NCBI GenBank assembly: GCA_012295275.1
Contig: CM022665.1
Location: 7,998,001 to 8,062,000 of the forward strand
Direction of reading: 5' to 3'
Length of the DNA: 64,000 bases
Source: Chrysomallon squamiferum
Lineage: Eukaryota > Animalia > Mollusca
The notes beneath the pieces were generated by a model. That model saw only the letters and a list, made by a program, of their open reading frames with translations. It searched no databases and was not told the origin of the DNA. The translations under genes were made by a program, and so were the position numbers. Below are positions 53,401-62,978 of the stretch, one piece after another. Every line of letters starts with the position of its first letter. Position 1 is the first letter of the stretch.

Positions 53401-55378
53401 AGGATTTAGAAAAGGTGTGATATTATCAATAACGATCATAAAAATAAATATATAAATTATATAAAATCAGTCAACAAAAAGAAAAAGGAAGATATAAACA
53501 TTTATTTTTTTATTTAGGAGGGTTTGAAATGTTGTATATTCAACAATGTCTTGATGTTATCTTTACTTATTATTAATTCTATTGTGGCTGATTATTCTCC
53601 TTTTTATGAGCTTAATTGATGGATTTTAGGCAAAATATTTAAAGATTAATAGTTAAAACAAAACCTCAGTTATACAAGTTATTGCCAGTAATTATTTCTT
53701 TTGTTTGCCTTTTACACATTCTAATCATGTAAAAAATGTTAACTAAAAAGTAAAATTCTGATATTGTGGTGTATAATGCAATTCTAAATGCAAACTTAAT
53801 TATCAGTCTAAAAATAACACAAATTAAAAAACAAATCAGAATAAAAATTATGCCATATTTCTGTGAAGGCCATGAAAATTTAAATTTTAAAAATGCACAA
53901 GGCTTTTCTCCATTTTTTTAATATTCGTTATTTATTACTGACATATTATTTTCATAGTAGATTCAAGTGCAAATGAGGCCTTTAACATACTTTTGAAAGT
54001 GGAATATAAACTACTGAAAAACTGTAATTTAATTTTAATTGAATCAATGCCTCCTTTATGTTGGTGAGATCATGGTAGTCATGATTGAAAGATGACTTAT
54101 CACATGAAATCAACTGGAAATCAGTAAATACATTGTGCGGGAGATGAAGTTTTCCACTAGCTGATTCAATGAGCCGAAACTGAAGGACCAATAATATCGT
54201 TCGCACATCATGGAAGAATTCGTTAATTCTCGTCAAAGTTTGGAAAATACAGCTTCCCGCTTAAGGATTCAATGCTCTATGGAGCTAGACTTTAGAATTT
54301 ATTATGGCAATAGCAATTTTGGTGAAAAAGGCCTTACCACTGTTGATAATTTGGAACTTTAATTTGTGTGATGATCATTAAGGGCTTTTTTTTTGTTTGT
54401 ATGCAAATAATGAAAAATTTTGGCAGTACTTTTCAAGACAAGCAGGTGGTGGATGCAATTCTATAATTTTCTTTCTCATGTCCTTTGATTACTCCATAAT
54501 TTATCTTCTGAAGACATTACTAGCATATATGACAATTTCAAAACCATGTCAAATGCGACTTATTATATTCACAGGCCAATGCATATTCAGTACTGCTTAA
54601 GAAGAAAATTTAGAAAAAAAAGAAGTTTTTTTTATCAATTTATTCCAGATGGTTAAGCAATTTCTTTACACAACTGATATTGATTTTTGTTTTTATTGTT
54701 GTATTTTTTTTGGTTCGCTTTTTTTTTTTTTTTTGCTTTTGTTTGTTTCTTTTTTCTCTTTTTTTTTTGAAATTGTTTATCACTTGTTAATGGATTCAAC
54801 AAAGCAGTTACATTCTATTTTGACTAAAATGTGTAGGCTTATTTCTTTGTTCAATTAGCTAATTATATTAATTCTTAGTTCTCAGATATATTTAAATTAA
54901 AATTCATTCACATTTAGAGACAATAAATAACATTTATATTATTAATAATAACTGACTATGCACATATTTTTAAACATATTAAATATACTTTAAAGCACTT
55001 AAAAATTACAAATATATTGTTAAATACAGATAGCTGGGGGTTTTTTTGTCAGTTTTAATATATTTTTACAGTACTATTTATGTTATTTATTGGGTTTTAA
55101 CTAGTGGTTATACATACCTCACTGCGATGTCCTCGTAAATTAAAATTTGACCGAGGTGGAGCATCATACTTGTGACAATGACTAGTGGTGAAAGTTACCC
55201 CAACAACACCTTTAGCATTGCCACTGGCCAGCCAGCCCTCCATGTAATACTGAGATCTGTTGAGCTTCCACCCTCCTCCTTCATCTGGCAGCCCATCAGG
55301 CACTTTCCCCATCCATGAAAGACACTGTATAGTGGAATCCGTGCGCGATGATGTCGTCTGTTCAAAATGAACGTGCAT
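4363..55378 (-). CDS. TULP4: Tubby-related protein 4 (TULP4/Tusp), whole spliced CDS: join(55118-55378,42265-42393,41122-41286,40692-40863,37862-37972,34687-34829,32739-32966,31737-31968,27330-27514,15295-15529,12889-14093,5557-5727,4363-4479), 3354 nt, about 1117 aa
   Basis: Exon translations match recognisable TULP4 segments ([123 protein letters not shown]). All introns are GT-AG with matching phases. Confidence 0.96.
5557..5727 (-). CDS. TULP4: TULP4 coding exon 12 (…[41 protein letters not shown]), tubby C-terminal part
   Basis: Acceptor TTTCAG|, donor CAG|GTAAAA, 171 nt, phase 0-0. Confidence 0.96.
9010..10076. repeat. Degenerate tandem duplication (copies start at 9010 and 9718; the second copy lacks about 350 bp of the first)
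   Basis: 69-bp identical core at 9075-9143 and 9783-9851. The tails at about 9633-9716 and 10000-10076 also match (caatgcaaaacag...taatcatgtttagaatacaaaac). Confidence 0.9.
12889..14093 (-). CDS. TULP4: TULP4 coding exon 11: large (about 401 aa) Ser/Asn/Thr-rich, probably disordered region ending [14 protein letters not shown]
   Basis: Lies within the 444-aa ORF. Acceptor TTTTTAG|, donor AAG|GTGAGC, 1205 nt, phase 1-0. Confidence 0.9.
14444..14542. repeat. Degenerate two-copy tandem repeat, about 50 bp
   Basis: aacagNacattacagNact...taaagaNctaNacattact occurs at 14444 and 14494. Confidence 0.55.
15295..15529 (-). CDS. TULP4: TULP4 coding exon 10 ([16 protein letters not shown]...QPRQMTI...FSEDEDDS), middle part of tubby-like fold
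   Basis: Acceptor TTTCAG|, donor T|GTGAGT, 235 nt, phase 0-1. Confidence 0.94.
15767..15872. repeat. Compound microsatellite (TC)n(AC)n
   Basis: Direct reading. Confidence 0.95.
22452..22538. repeat. 42-bp two-copy tandem repeat
   Basis: gatattccaaactattggtagcccYgaatatgttttatRtct at 22452 and 22494, with 2 mismatches. Confidence 0.92.
27216..27318. repeat. Compound microsatellite (TC)n + (GT)n just inside the intron after exon 9
   Basis: Direct reading. Confidence 0.95.
27330..27514 (-). CDS. TULP4: TULP4 coding exon 9: acidic/Ser-rich linker with basic cluster RKRRQKHFR
   Basis: Acceptor TTTTAG|, donor GAG|GTACTA, 185 nt. Phase 1-0 bridges exons 8 and 10 exactly. Confidence 0.85.
31737..31968 (-). 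CDS. TULP4: TULP4 coding exon 8 (SYIPDP...[32 protein letters not shown]...), first part of tubby-like fold
   Basis: Acceptor TTTTCAG|, donor G|GTTAGT, 232 nt, phase 0-1. Confidence 0.94.
32501..32550. repeat. 25-bp perfect two-copy tandem repeat
   Basis: atttttatttttgaaaagcattatt x2. Confidence 0.85.
32739..32966 (-). CDS. TULP4: TULP4 coding exon 7: last WD40 repeat and SOCS box ([12 protein letters not shown]...KLPLPTRLR)
   Basis: Acceptor TTTCAG|, donor AAA|GTAAGC, 228 nt. Contains a BC-box-like PLQFLC and a Cul5-box-like LPLP. Confidence 0.94.
33871..33908. repeat. (TG)n microsatellite
   Basis: Direct reading. Confidence 0.95.
34687..34829 (-). CDS. TULP4: TULP4 coding exon 6 ([17 protein letters not shown]...WVIIPSQ)
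   Basis: Acceptor TTTCAG|, donor CAG|GTCAGA, 143 nt, phase 1-0. Confidence 0.92.
37066..37110. repeat. (TTA)n microsatellite
   Basis: Direct reading. Confidence 0.9.
37862..37972 (-). CDS. TULP4: TULP4 coding exon 5 ([37 protein letters not shown])
   Basis: Acceptor TTTTTCAG|, donor G|GTATGA, 111 nt, phase 1-1. Confidence 0.92.
40506..40594. repeat. (GGGAGA)n followed by (GA)n polypurine tract
   Basis: Direct reading; five GGG runs at 40509, 40515, 40521, 40527 and 40531. Confidence 0.95.
40692..40863 (-). CDS. TULP4: TULP4 coding exon 4 ([17 protein letters not shown]...ENNKCDQ), WD40
   Basis: The correct frame is not in the ORF track. Acceptor ATTCAG|, donor G|GTGAGT, 172 nt, phase 0-1. 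Matches the TULP4 VLFGTxDGQVIVM segment. Confidence 0.93.
41122..41286 (-). CDS. TULP4: TULP4 coding exon 3 ([10 protein letters not shown]...WSPDDQK), WD40
   Basis: Acceptor TTTTGAAG|, donor AAG|GTTAGT, 165 nt, phase 0-0. Confidence 0.95.
41363..41424. repeat. Perfect 62-bp palindrome (AAT)n(ATT)n
   Basis: The arms at 41363-41393 and 41394-41424 are exact reverse complements. Confidence 0.9.
42265..42393 (-). CDS. TULP4: TULP4 coding exon 2 ([43 protein letters not shown])
   Basis: Not in the ORF track; read manually. Acceptor TTGCAG|, donor CAG|GTATAT, 129 nt, phase 0-0. Confidence 0.95.
47820..48229. repeat. Two-copy tandem duplication of about 205 bp
   Basis: gccaatcacaaYttaacaaagttatct...ataaaccagtgggaaca at 47832 and 48037, highly similar along the whole length. 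Confidence 0.92.
49010..49162. mobile_element. Decayed SINE-like fragment
   Basis: agcagcagtggatattttatatgca...accatgatcttt resembles, from memory, a gastropod SINE core (agcagcaagggatcttttatatgca...accacggccttt). Not database-verified. Confidence 0.3.
55118..55378 (-). CDS. TULP4: TULP4 coding exon 1 (MHVHFEQ...NLRGHRSE), start of WD40 region
   Basis: ATG at 55378 in context ACAATGC; 87 codons; donor GAG|GTATGT. The ORF-track start at 55417 is a TTG. Confidence 0.93.
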
Positions 55379-56054
55379 TGTTGAGCGGCTTAAAAACTTA
55401 GTGGTGACAATGAGCAATTAATTAGTGAGAAATAACAACCATATCATATATGGATGTAAAACATAGTGAAGCTGTTCTCTTGTGAAAGTGTGTTTAAGAA
55501 ACATCCTTGTTGTAACAGCAGAACTCACGTCGTTAACCAAGATCACGTTGTGTGATGAACACAAACTGACAAGATGACTATTCTTTTCAGTGAGTAACAA
55601 GATTTTCCTTTTATCAACAGCTTAACTCATTAATGGTGTATACATGCATCAGACTGATGAAGCAGCGTCAGGAAGCACTCTCAATGGCACAGTTCTTATG
55701 TTCAAGTCCTAAGCTGAGCTCTGTGGTAAAATCCTGCTGTAATGACTGTCCTATCGTACTAGGCAACTTGGACACGTGTCTACTTAGGGATGAACAGTCA
55801 AGCACAGTATTCTTTGAAGCATGCCTCCGCACACAAATTGAAAATTGTGACTATAAGCAAGCGGATGTCCTCAGTCACTGGGTATGGTGGCCTAGGGTTG
55901 GCTGCCTTTAGATCAATACTATGCGTAGTAATCCATTTTCTCTCTGCTTCCAGCAAGTAGCAATTATCAGCCAGTTTCTTCAATTCTGATTCATCATTTC
56001 CTCATAGTTCTTCCAGTAAAAATTTGTACTGAATCAAGTCTGTGGTGCTGGGGT
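55379..56054 (-). other. TULP4: Probable 5'UTR portion of the ATG-containing TULP4 exon
   Basis: Strong acceptor CTATCTTTTCTTTCAG| at 56056-56055. Composition shifts sharply from intron-like AT-rich to more GC-rich sequence that runs continuously to the ATG. Confidence 0.65.
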
Positions 56055-56367
56055 CTGAAAGAAAAGATAGAAAACACTGTTAATTACTGGTTACATATTA
56101 GCAGGTATTCCATAATGTCAGCATGTAATTCCATTTCTTAAATACTACAAAAAAAAAAAAGTAATGTAAATGCTACAAAAGATAGAAATTAATGTGTTAG
56201 AAATCAAATCCTTGAAAGTTAATATTTCTTATCAAAGGGTAAAACATATTTTTTTAAAACTAAAGTGAATCTTTTGTTGCTCTAAACTGAAACCTAATGT
56301 ATATACAAAAATATTTTATGGAAACTAAATTAACTACAGGTTTTTAATTACATAGTTACTTCATATA

Positions 56368-56368
<1 letters not shown>

Positions 56369-56422
<54 letters not shown>
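56369..56422. repeat. (TTA)n microsatellite
   Basis: Direct reading. Confidence 0.9.
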
Positions 56423-56426
<4 letters not shown>

Positions 56427-58122
56427 ATAAATTATACAGTGAATCTGATTAAAGTTGCATACAGCTTACACTATCTGAAATCAGAATATTTAATATGACA
56501 AAGCCCATTTTCAGTATTTAATGAATTTTTTTTTTTAAATTAATAAAAAAAGATTATTTTAATTTTAATAGATTGAAAAAAAAATTATTTACTTGCCAAC
56601 CATCAAAACAGAAAACTGTAGAAAGGATAATCAAGGCTAATATGTGAATTGATATAATTCATAAAAAAACCAGTTATCAACTTGTTGTTCTTGAAAACAC
56701 ACACACTACATATATATATATATATTATCACACACACACACACACAACTGCATAAACATAATTCTAGCCGTGCAGCATGAAATAGTGTATAATCTATACA
56801 CGACCAAGCAGCAAATATCAAGCAAACAGTGGTAGTGCATAGCTTGTGATGATTAATTATAATCAACATTTACACCGAGGACAAATCAATTACTAAATAT
56901 ACCATTGTATTACAGACCATCTGGTGTTCAATAAATGACTTCACTAAGATGAAGAATTATAACATACAATGATAAAAGCACATTTAAAAACATCACATTA
57001 CACTCAAAGCTGTACAATCCCAATACTGCCAAAAGAAAAAGAAGTAACATAGTAAAAACTGATTTTATCAAACAGTGAAAACATTATAAGACCCCAAAGA
57101 TAAGATTTGTATTTATAACTACAATTTGTTGTAGTAGTTTAAAACTGAAAAACTGTATTAACTGATCAGTGGTTGAGTAAAAATTGATCATTCATAATCA
57201 GTCAGTAAACTAATTTGGTCATCTACCTATCAGTAATGTACTTGATCAGTCAGCTAATAGGGTAAATTATACAAATGGAATTCTGATCAAAACAAACATT
57301 TACTTCACGAAATAATAACAATAATAATGAAAATAATAATATTAATATTAATAACACAGAATTCATGGAGAAAAAAACAATTGATTTAAAAAAAAGAATA
57401 GATGATAATTAAGTATTATGGCAAGTGCAAATATATTGATTCCATTAGCATGTGCATGTAACTGTCTCATCATAAATAACAAAAATAAAAACAGAACAAA
57501 TCTGATGAAATCTGTAGCAAGATAAAAAAAAAAAAAAAATGGAAAAAAAAATAATAATAGTAAGAAGAAGATGAAAAAGAAGAGAGAAGAAATAAAAATA
57601 AAATAAAATAAAAATACTGTAATTAGAAATTCTGTATCCTTGCAACATTTATTTTTATTATTATTTTTTTTTATTATTTTTACTGTTTTTTCACTGCATT
57701 TTCTTTACCATTTTTAATTAAATAAAATCAGTAGAAATGGTTAACTCAGATTGATTTACTGTGTGCAATTGATTTGCTAGCAACTAATGTAAAGTGTAGA
57801 AGATGAAGCTGGGTTCGTAAATCAATTACCTTTAAAGATGAAATAAAAAAATGTAAAAAAAAAAAAAAAAAAAAAACCTAAAAAGAATTTGGTAATGTCT
57901 TTGATTTAGATTTTCCTTCAAAACAGCTCACAGATCTTGTTGGTAAATATTGAGTTTCCTGAGTTAGGTTAAAATTCAATTTCATTTTTTTCAAGTTAAA
58001 TAATTTACAGAAAGACAGATAGAGAGATATATAGATAGATATAGATACAAGGAAAAAATCTATTAAAAATCAATAGCAGAAGCGGAATTGAAAACAGAAA
58101 AAGGCTGAATGGCAGCATTACT

Positions 58123-58159
<37 letters not shown>

Positions 58160-58971
58160 CCAAGTCTGGTTCTATAAATTAAACCATTTTTCCAAATTAG
58201 GATACTTTTTCACGAAATATAATCAAAATATTTCATACTGTGATAAGCTTTATTTTAATACTTTTATTTTATTTACTTATTTTTAATAAAATATACTGAA
58301 AAAAACACAAAAAACCCCACATTATTATCATTTAAAAGTATTGTTATTATTTATTTATAATAATTTTTTTTTAAATTATCTCATACCAAAAAAGATTAAT
58401 TTAAAAATACAAATAAGTAAACCAAAACATTAGTATTTAAAATACAGCAGTCAAAGTGAGTGGAGAAAGACTGACAGGTTAATAATGACCTTGCGCAAGC
58501 CTGGACAGCGTGATTAACAAGTCACGGTTAATCAAGTGTGATACCAGTCTCAGTGGACATTAAATTAGGTATTATGAACAATTCTTCATCCTCAGACTGT
58601 TCTGTATCTGTGGACTAATGTCCCAGCTGACCCAAGATTATTTTCATTTATGAAAACTTCATAACAGCTGAAATAATGAGAAAAAACATCACATCCCAAT
58701 ATGCTAAATTTAATTTTCAGGTATTTTATAATAATATTATTAAGAAATTGGCATGAAGGAAAAAAGAAATTTTATTAGGATGGCTTCTGAGATAAAAATC
58801 ATTGATACTCAAGCTGATAGAACATTTTCTAGTAATCAAGTAGCAAATTTTTAAAATAATATAATACTGTCTATGTTAATGTCTTTTTTTTAAAAGTGAT
58901 GTATCAACAGTCATCTACAGAACACCTAAACAATTCTGAAATACTTTATACTGTTACACTAATGAGTGTAC

Positions 58972-58974
<3 letters not shown>

Positions 58975-59032
<58 letters not shown>
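58975..59032. repeat. (TG)n microsatellite
   Basis: Direct reading. Confidence 0.95.
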
Positions 59033-59033
<1 letters not shown>

Positions 59034-59950
59034 CTGTATGCATACATTCATTTATTCATTTATTTTTAATTTTTATTTATTTACTTATTTTTTTAATTTT
59101 TAAAATTTCGTTTTTAGCTAGATTATCTCACAGAAATGTAATAGTGATACCTCAGTTCTTAAATGACTCCTTTCTTTAACAATTAATACCTCACTTGTGG
59201 AACGTAAACTTGATTTTCAAACTAAAGATAGCTGAGGAAATGTCTTCAGATCAGGAGGAGGGAAGGATGTTCATTGTTCACTAATCAAAGACATTTGTGG
59301 AAAAAAAGAGTTACAAACTTTTGTGAAAATATTTCACTCTGACAATGTTGTAACAAACTGCAGCATAAACCTTTTCGGTGACAATCCCATGTCTTACTTT
59401 GGAAATATTTTAATGTATAGGTTTTTAGTGAAAATGAAGTTCACTGAGTCCAAAGCAGGTTGTAGTGGTGTAAAGGGGTAGAAAAAAGAAAGATATGCAG
59501 AAGGAGAGTTACCTAACACTTTTATGCAAAGTGATTCCCCTTCCAAGCAATAACATCCATCCTCCTTTCCATTTTTTTTTTTCTCATCACCTGTTCTCCT
59601 CATTATAGGTAAAGTGCTGTTAAAGATTAATTTATATGTTTATATAAAATGTGTATATAATGTGTAATTTCTTGTGGGTCTGGTACAGATTAATCCAATT
59701 TATATTTTTTGTTATGGAAAAAATTGATTAGGTTTTCAAACAGGTTTCTGGAATGGGACAGGTTTGAGAACTGAGGTACCACTGCAACTCTTTTCTGTAT
59801 TATCTGTCTGTACTATAATTCTGAGATAACTGTCATTTAGAAATTCAGATCATTTGAAATGTTGGAACTGTCTTTAATTATAGGATAACTGAAAGAAATT
59901 AAACATAATAAATCTTAAATGAAGTAATTTAAAAAAAAAAAAAGATATTT

Positions 59951-59984
59951 ATATATATATACACATACATACATACATGCATAC

Positions 59985-60044
<60 letters not shown>
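59951..60044. repeat. Compound (TA)n/(TACA)n/(TG)n microsatellite
   Basis: Direct reading. Confidence 0.9.
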
Positions 60045-60047
<3 letters not shown>

Positions 60048-60552
60048 TTTATTTTTTTAAATTACCTAGATCACAGATAAATATTCAAAAACAGTACAGC
60101 AAATCTAATTGGCTTTCATAAATAATGTTGCAGCTGGTATCAGTTTTCTTCCCATAGCAAAACTGCCTAATGTAAAAGTCTATAAGAATTCACTTATAAA
60201 CAGCATTTAGCAAATCAATACTGTTTTCTTATTTCACTCAAGTACAAAAGAAAAGTAGTTCTATGCAGTTAGATTACATTACACACATACATAAAGAGAA
60301 ACATTTATTAAACAAATGATTAAATAAGGTATTCACAAGAAATAAAACAAATAATAATTTACTGAACATATAAGATGTTTAGAAAATAAATTAATTTATA
60401 AATTACTATGCATTAATTTCCCCAGTGGCACATCTATTTCTCACAACCAACAAATAAAACCTTTAATTTTCAAATAAAATTTGGTTTACAATATCATGTG
60501 ACATGAACCACATTTATTTACTGAAATAATACTGAATTGCTTCAGTTGTCTT

Positions 60553-60586
<34 letters not shown>

Positions 60587-61262
60587 TCACATAATGTTTC
60601 AGTAAGTTTAAAATAATCATCAATGTTAATGATATCCTTGCAGTATGTGAAGACTGTGTGAAATGAAGGAATACTGGGGTAGGGAGAAAGAATCAGCAGA
60701 AGATAATATTCGTATCTTACTATAAATATAATGAGAATATAGTGCAAATATATTATTTTCACCCTAGTTAAAATCATATGAAATTTCTTACAAAGTTTAT
60801 TATTGTTATTGTTATTAGTTATTAATATTCATCTTATGTATTTATCTACATGTGTGTGCTTGAAAAGAAAATTTAAATGTAAGCTGATATAATTATTTAA
60901 GACCATACACCATATTTTTGTTTTATACTGTTTCATCAATTAATGCTGCAGAGGTTACGAAACCTGAAAACTAAAGAAAAACAGTTACCCTTTTGCACGT
61001 AAAATATTATATGTGATCAGTGGCATGATATTAATTATAATTTAAAATATTTGAACAAAGATTTGATCACATAACATGTTAGCTCATACTAATATTCGAA
61101 GTAATAACGAAGTGAAATTGTCACATTATTGGATAAAGCGTTTGGCAAACCCACTACCATTCAAAGGAAATAAACAAATCCGAGGTAGTAATTCAATAAG
61201 CGTGTCCTCAGACATCACTAAGTACAAATATAATTTTTAAAAATATAAAACTGAACATGTAC

Positions 61263-61530
61263 CTGATAAAAGTATCAGTATAACAGAAACTAAAACAAAC
61301 TGGTCTGTTTTCTACATCCATCAACACCCACGAACACATTGACAGCTTCTCGCCACTACATAACACTCTATTTCCGTTTTTCTACATCAAACTTTTCGTA
61401 TTCGGAACACTTCGGCCGAATTCGAAAGTTCTCGGCTATATACTAATTATTCATTATTTTGAAGATTTTTTAAATGAATCGAATTTTTATATTAATATTG
61501 AGTGTGTATACGTGTGCGAGCGTATTTATG
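61263..61530 (-). promoter_or_regulatory. Putative TULP4 promoter / non-coding first exon region
   Basis: 13 CpGs between 61321 and 61530, versus near absence in the gene body. Candidate donor CAG|GTACAT at 61263/61262; palindrome TTCGGCCGAA at 61411-61420. Confidence 0.45.
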
Positions 61531-62235
61531 TTCAATATATGTATATAACCAACATAACACTTGAGTGTTAGATTCATTTTACATTACATGTTAAAAATGA
61601 ATAAATTTGTTGGAAGTTTAATCATGAGAACTGCATAAAAGTAAATGTATTGTTGTTGTTGTTGTTTTTGTTAATATTGGAAAAAAAGAAGTATGCTTAC
61701 ATTTTTTAAACCAGAATATGAACTGCATGAATAATAATCATATTATTCGGTCTTTTTCTTTTAAAGATTGCAATTCATCTTCTTGGATAACAGCAACAAC
61801 AAAAGCAATAATAATAATAATAAATAAATAAATAAATAATAGTAACAACAACAACAACAATAACACTCCTGTAAAACATTCTTAAGTTCCAGGAATAAAG
61901 AGTGATCATATTAATTATTAAGGTATGCAGATACTTGGAATATAATATTATTAATATCTGGAGTAAATACTAAACTGAACTGAATGTTATTATGAAATTT
62001 CAGAAGATTCTACTTTAACAAAAGTCTCACCGCATACATGTATTTTTCTTACTTTCTTTCTTTCTTTTTTTTTTTTTTCTTTTTTGTTTTTATGTTTTTT
62101 GTTTTTGTTCCCTTTCGTGGCCGACGAAAAATATTTATGGTATAAATGTAACTTTTTAGTTCATAAATAAATAATAAAACTTAAACAGATAATCAATATA
62201 TTTTGTTGTTTTATACAATTGTCCTCATTTGGATG

Positions 62236-62273
62236 ATTACGTCACAAATGTCAGTGCTCCCATGTGACGTAAT
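62236..62273. promoter_or_regulatory. Inverted pair of CRE/bZIP-like sites (ATTACGTCACA ...16 nt... TGTGACGTAAT)
   Basis: Perfect 11-bp inverted arms at 62236-62246 and 62263-62273, each containing TGACGTAA. Confidence 0.45.
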
Positions 62274-62890
62274 ACCCAAGGAAGGTGATAAGATAACAAT
62301 GATGTTAGGGCGTAATAGCTGATCAGTGATATAATACAGCATTGGCGGTACATAATGATATGTAGCTTTTCATAATGATAAAACGATTCTTAAAATACAG
62401 AACACAGTCCTGACAAAATATCACAACAGAAAATGAAACGGTATCTTCCAGAACTTCGTACATATTTAGTTTAAGAAAATGAATATAGGATTTTGATACA
62501 GAATTTATACACATATTAAATTTAAAAACAGTTCAGAAGGGGATCGAAATTTGAAACTGAGTAATTTTTAAAATGGCCAGGTAAACGTATGTACACTCAA
62601 ACAATCACTAACTTATAAGGCTAGCTTATTAAAAACTTAAAATATTTACTATAAAACATTTCTTGTTAATGTATATCTTAAAACTATATAAAAGCAGAAA
62701 TATCAGATAGATAAACGTGAGAAGATTATACAGGAAAACACCTGAGTGTTCATATTTACAACAGGTATGTATATGCTTAGCTGCCCATAATTAGTTTGAT
62801 CTTTTTGTTTGTTTTTCTGCTGACAGAAATGATATACTTAATACCAAATTAATAGCAGAAAGCAAAATGAAAGCAATATTTTTATCTTAT

Positions 62891-62916
<26 letters not shown>

Positions 62917-62975
<59 letters not shown>
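62917..62975. repeat. (CT)n microsatellite
   Basis: Direct reading. Confidence 0.95.

Positions 62976-62978
<3 letters not shown>

Noticed and set aside
55379-55417. ORF-track N-terminal extension MLIVTTKFLSRST
   Set aside because: It begins at TTG immediately after a stop. The ATG at 55378 (MHVHFE) matches the TULP4 N-terminus position.
55771-55780. Palindromic E-box GACACGTGTC in the 5' leader
   Set aside because: A single short motif is not enough to call a regulatory site.
59394-59616. 69-aa ORF / possible extra 5' exon bounded by AG and GTAAGA
   Set aside because: It has no recognisable homology and contains a poly-A run. Such splice-like motifs are common by chance.
61395-61435. Possible heat-shock element
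   Set aside because: There is only one correctly spaced GAAnnTTC pair, and no third nGAAn unit in register.
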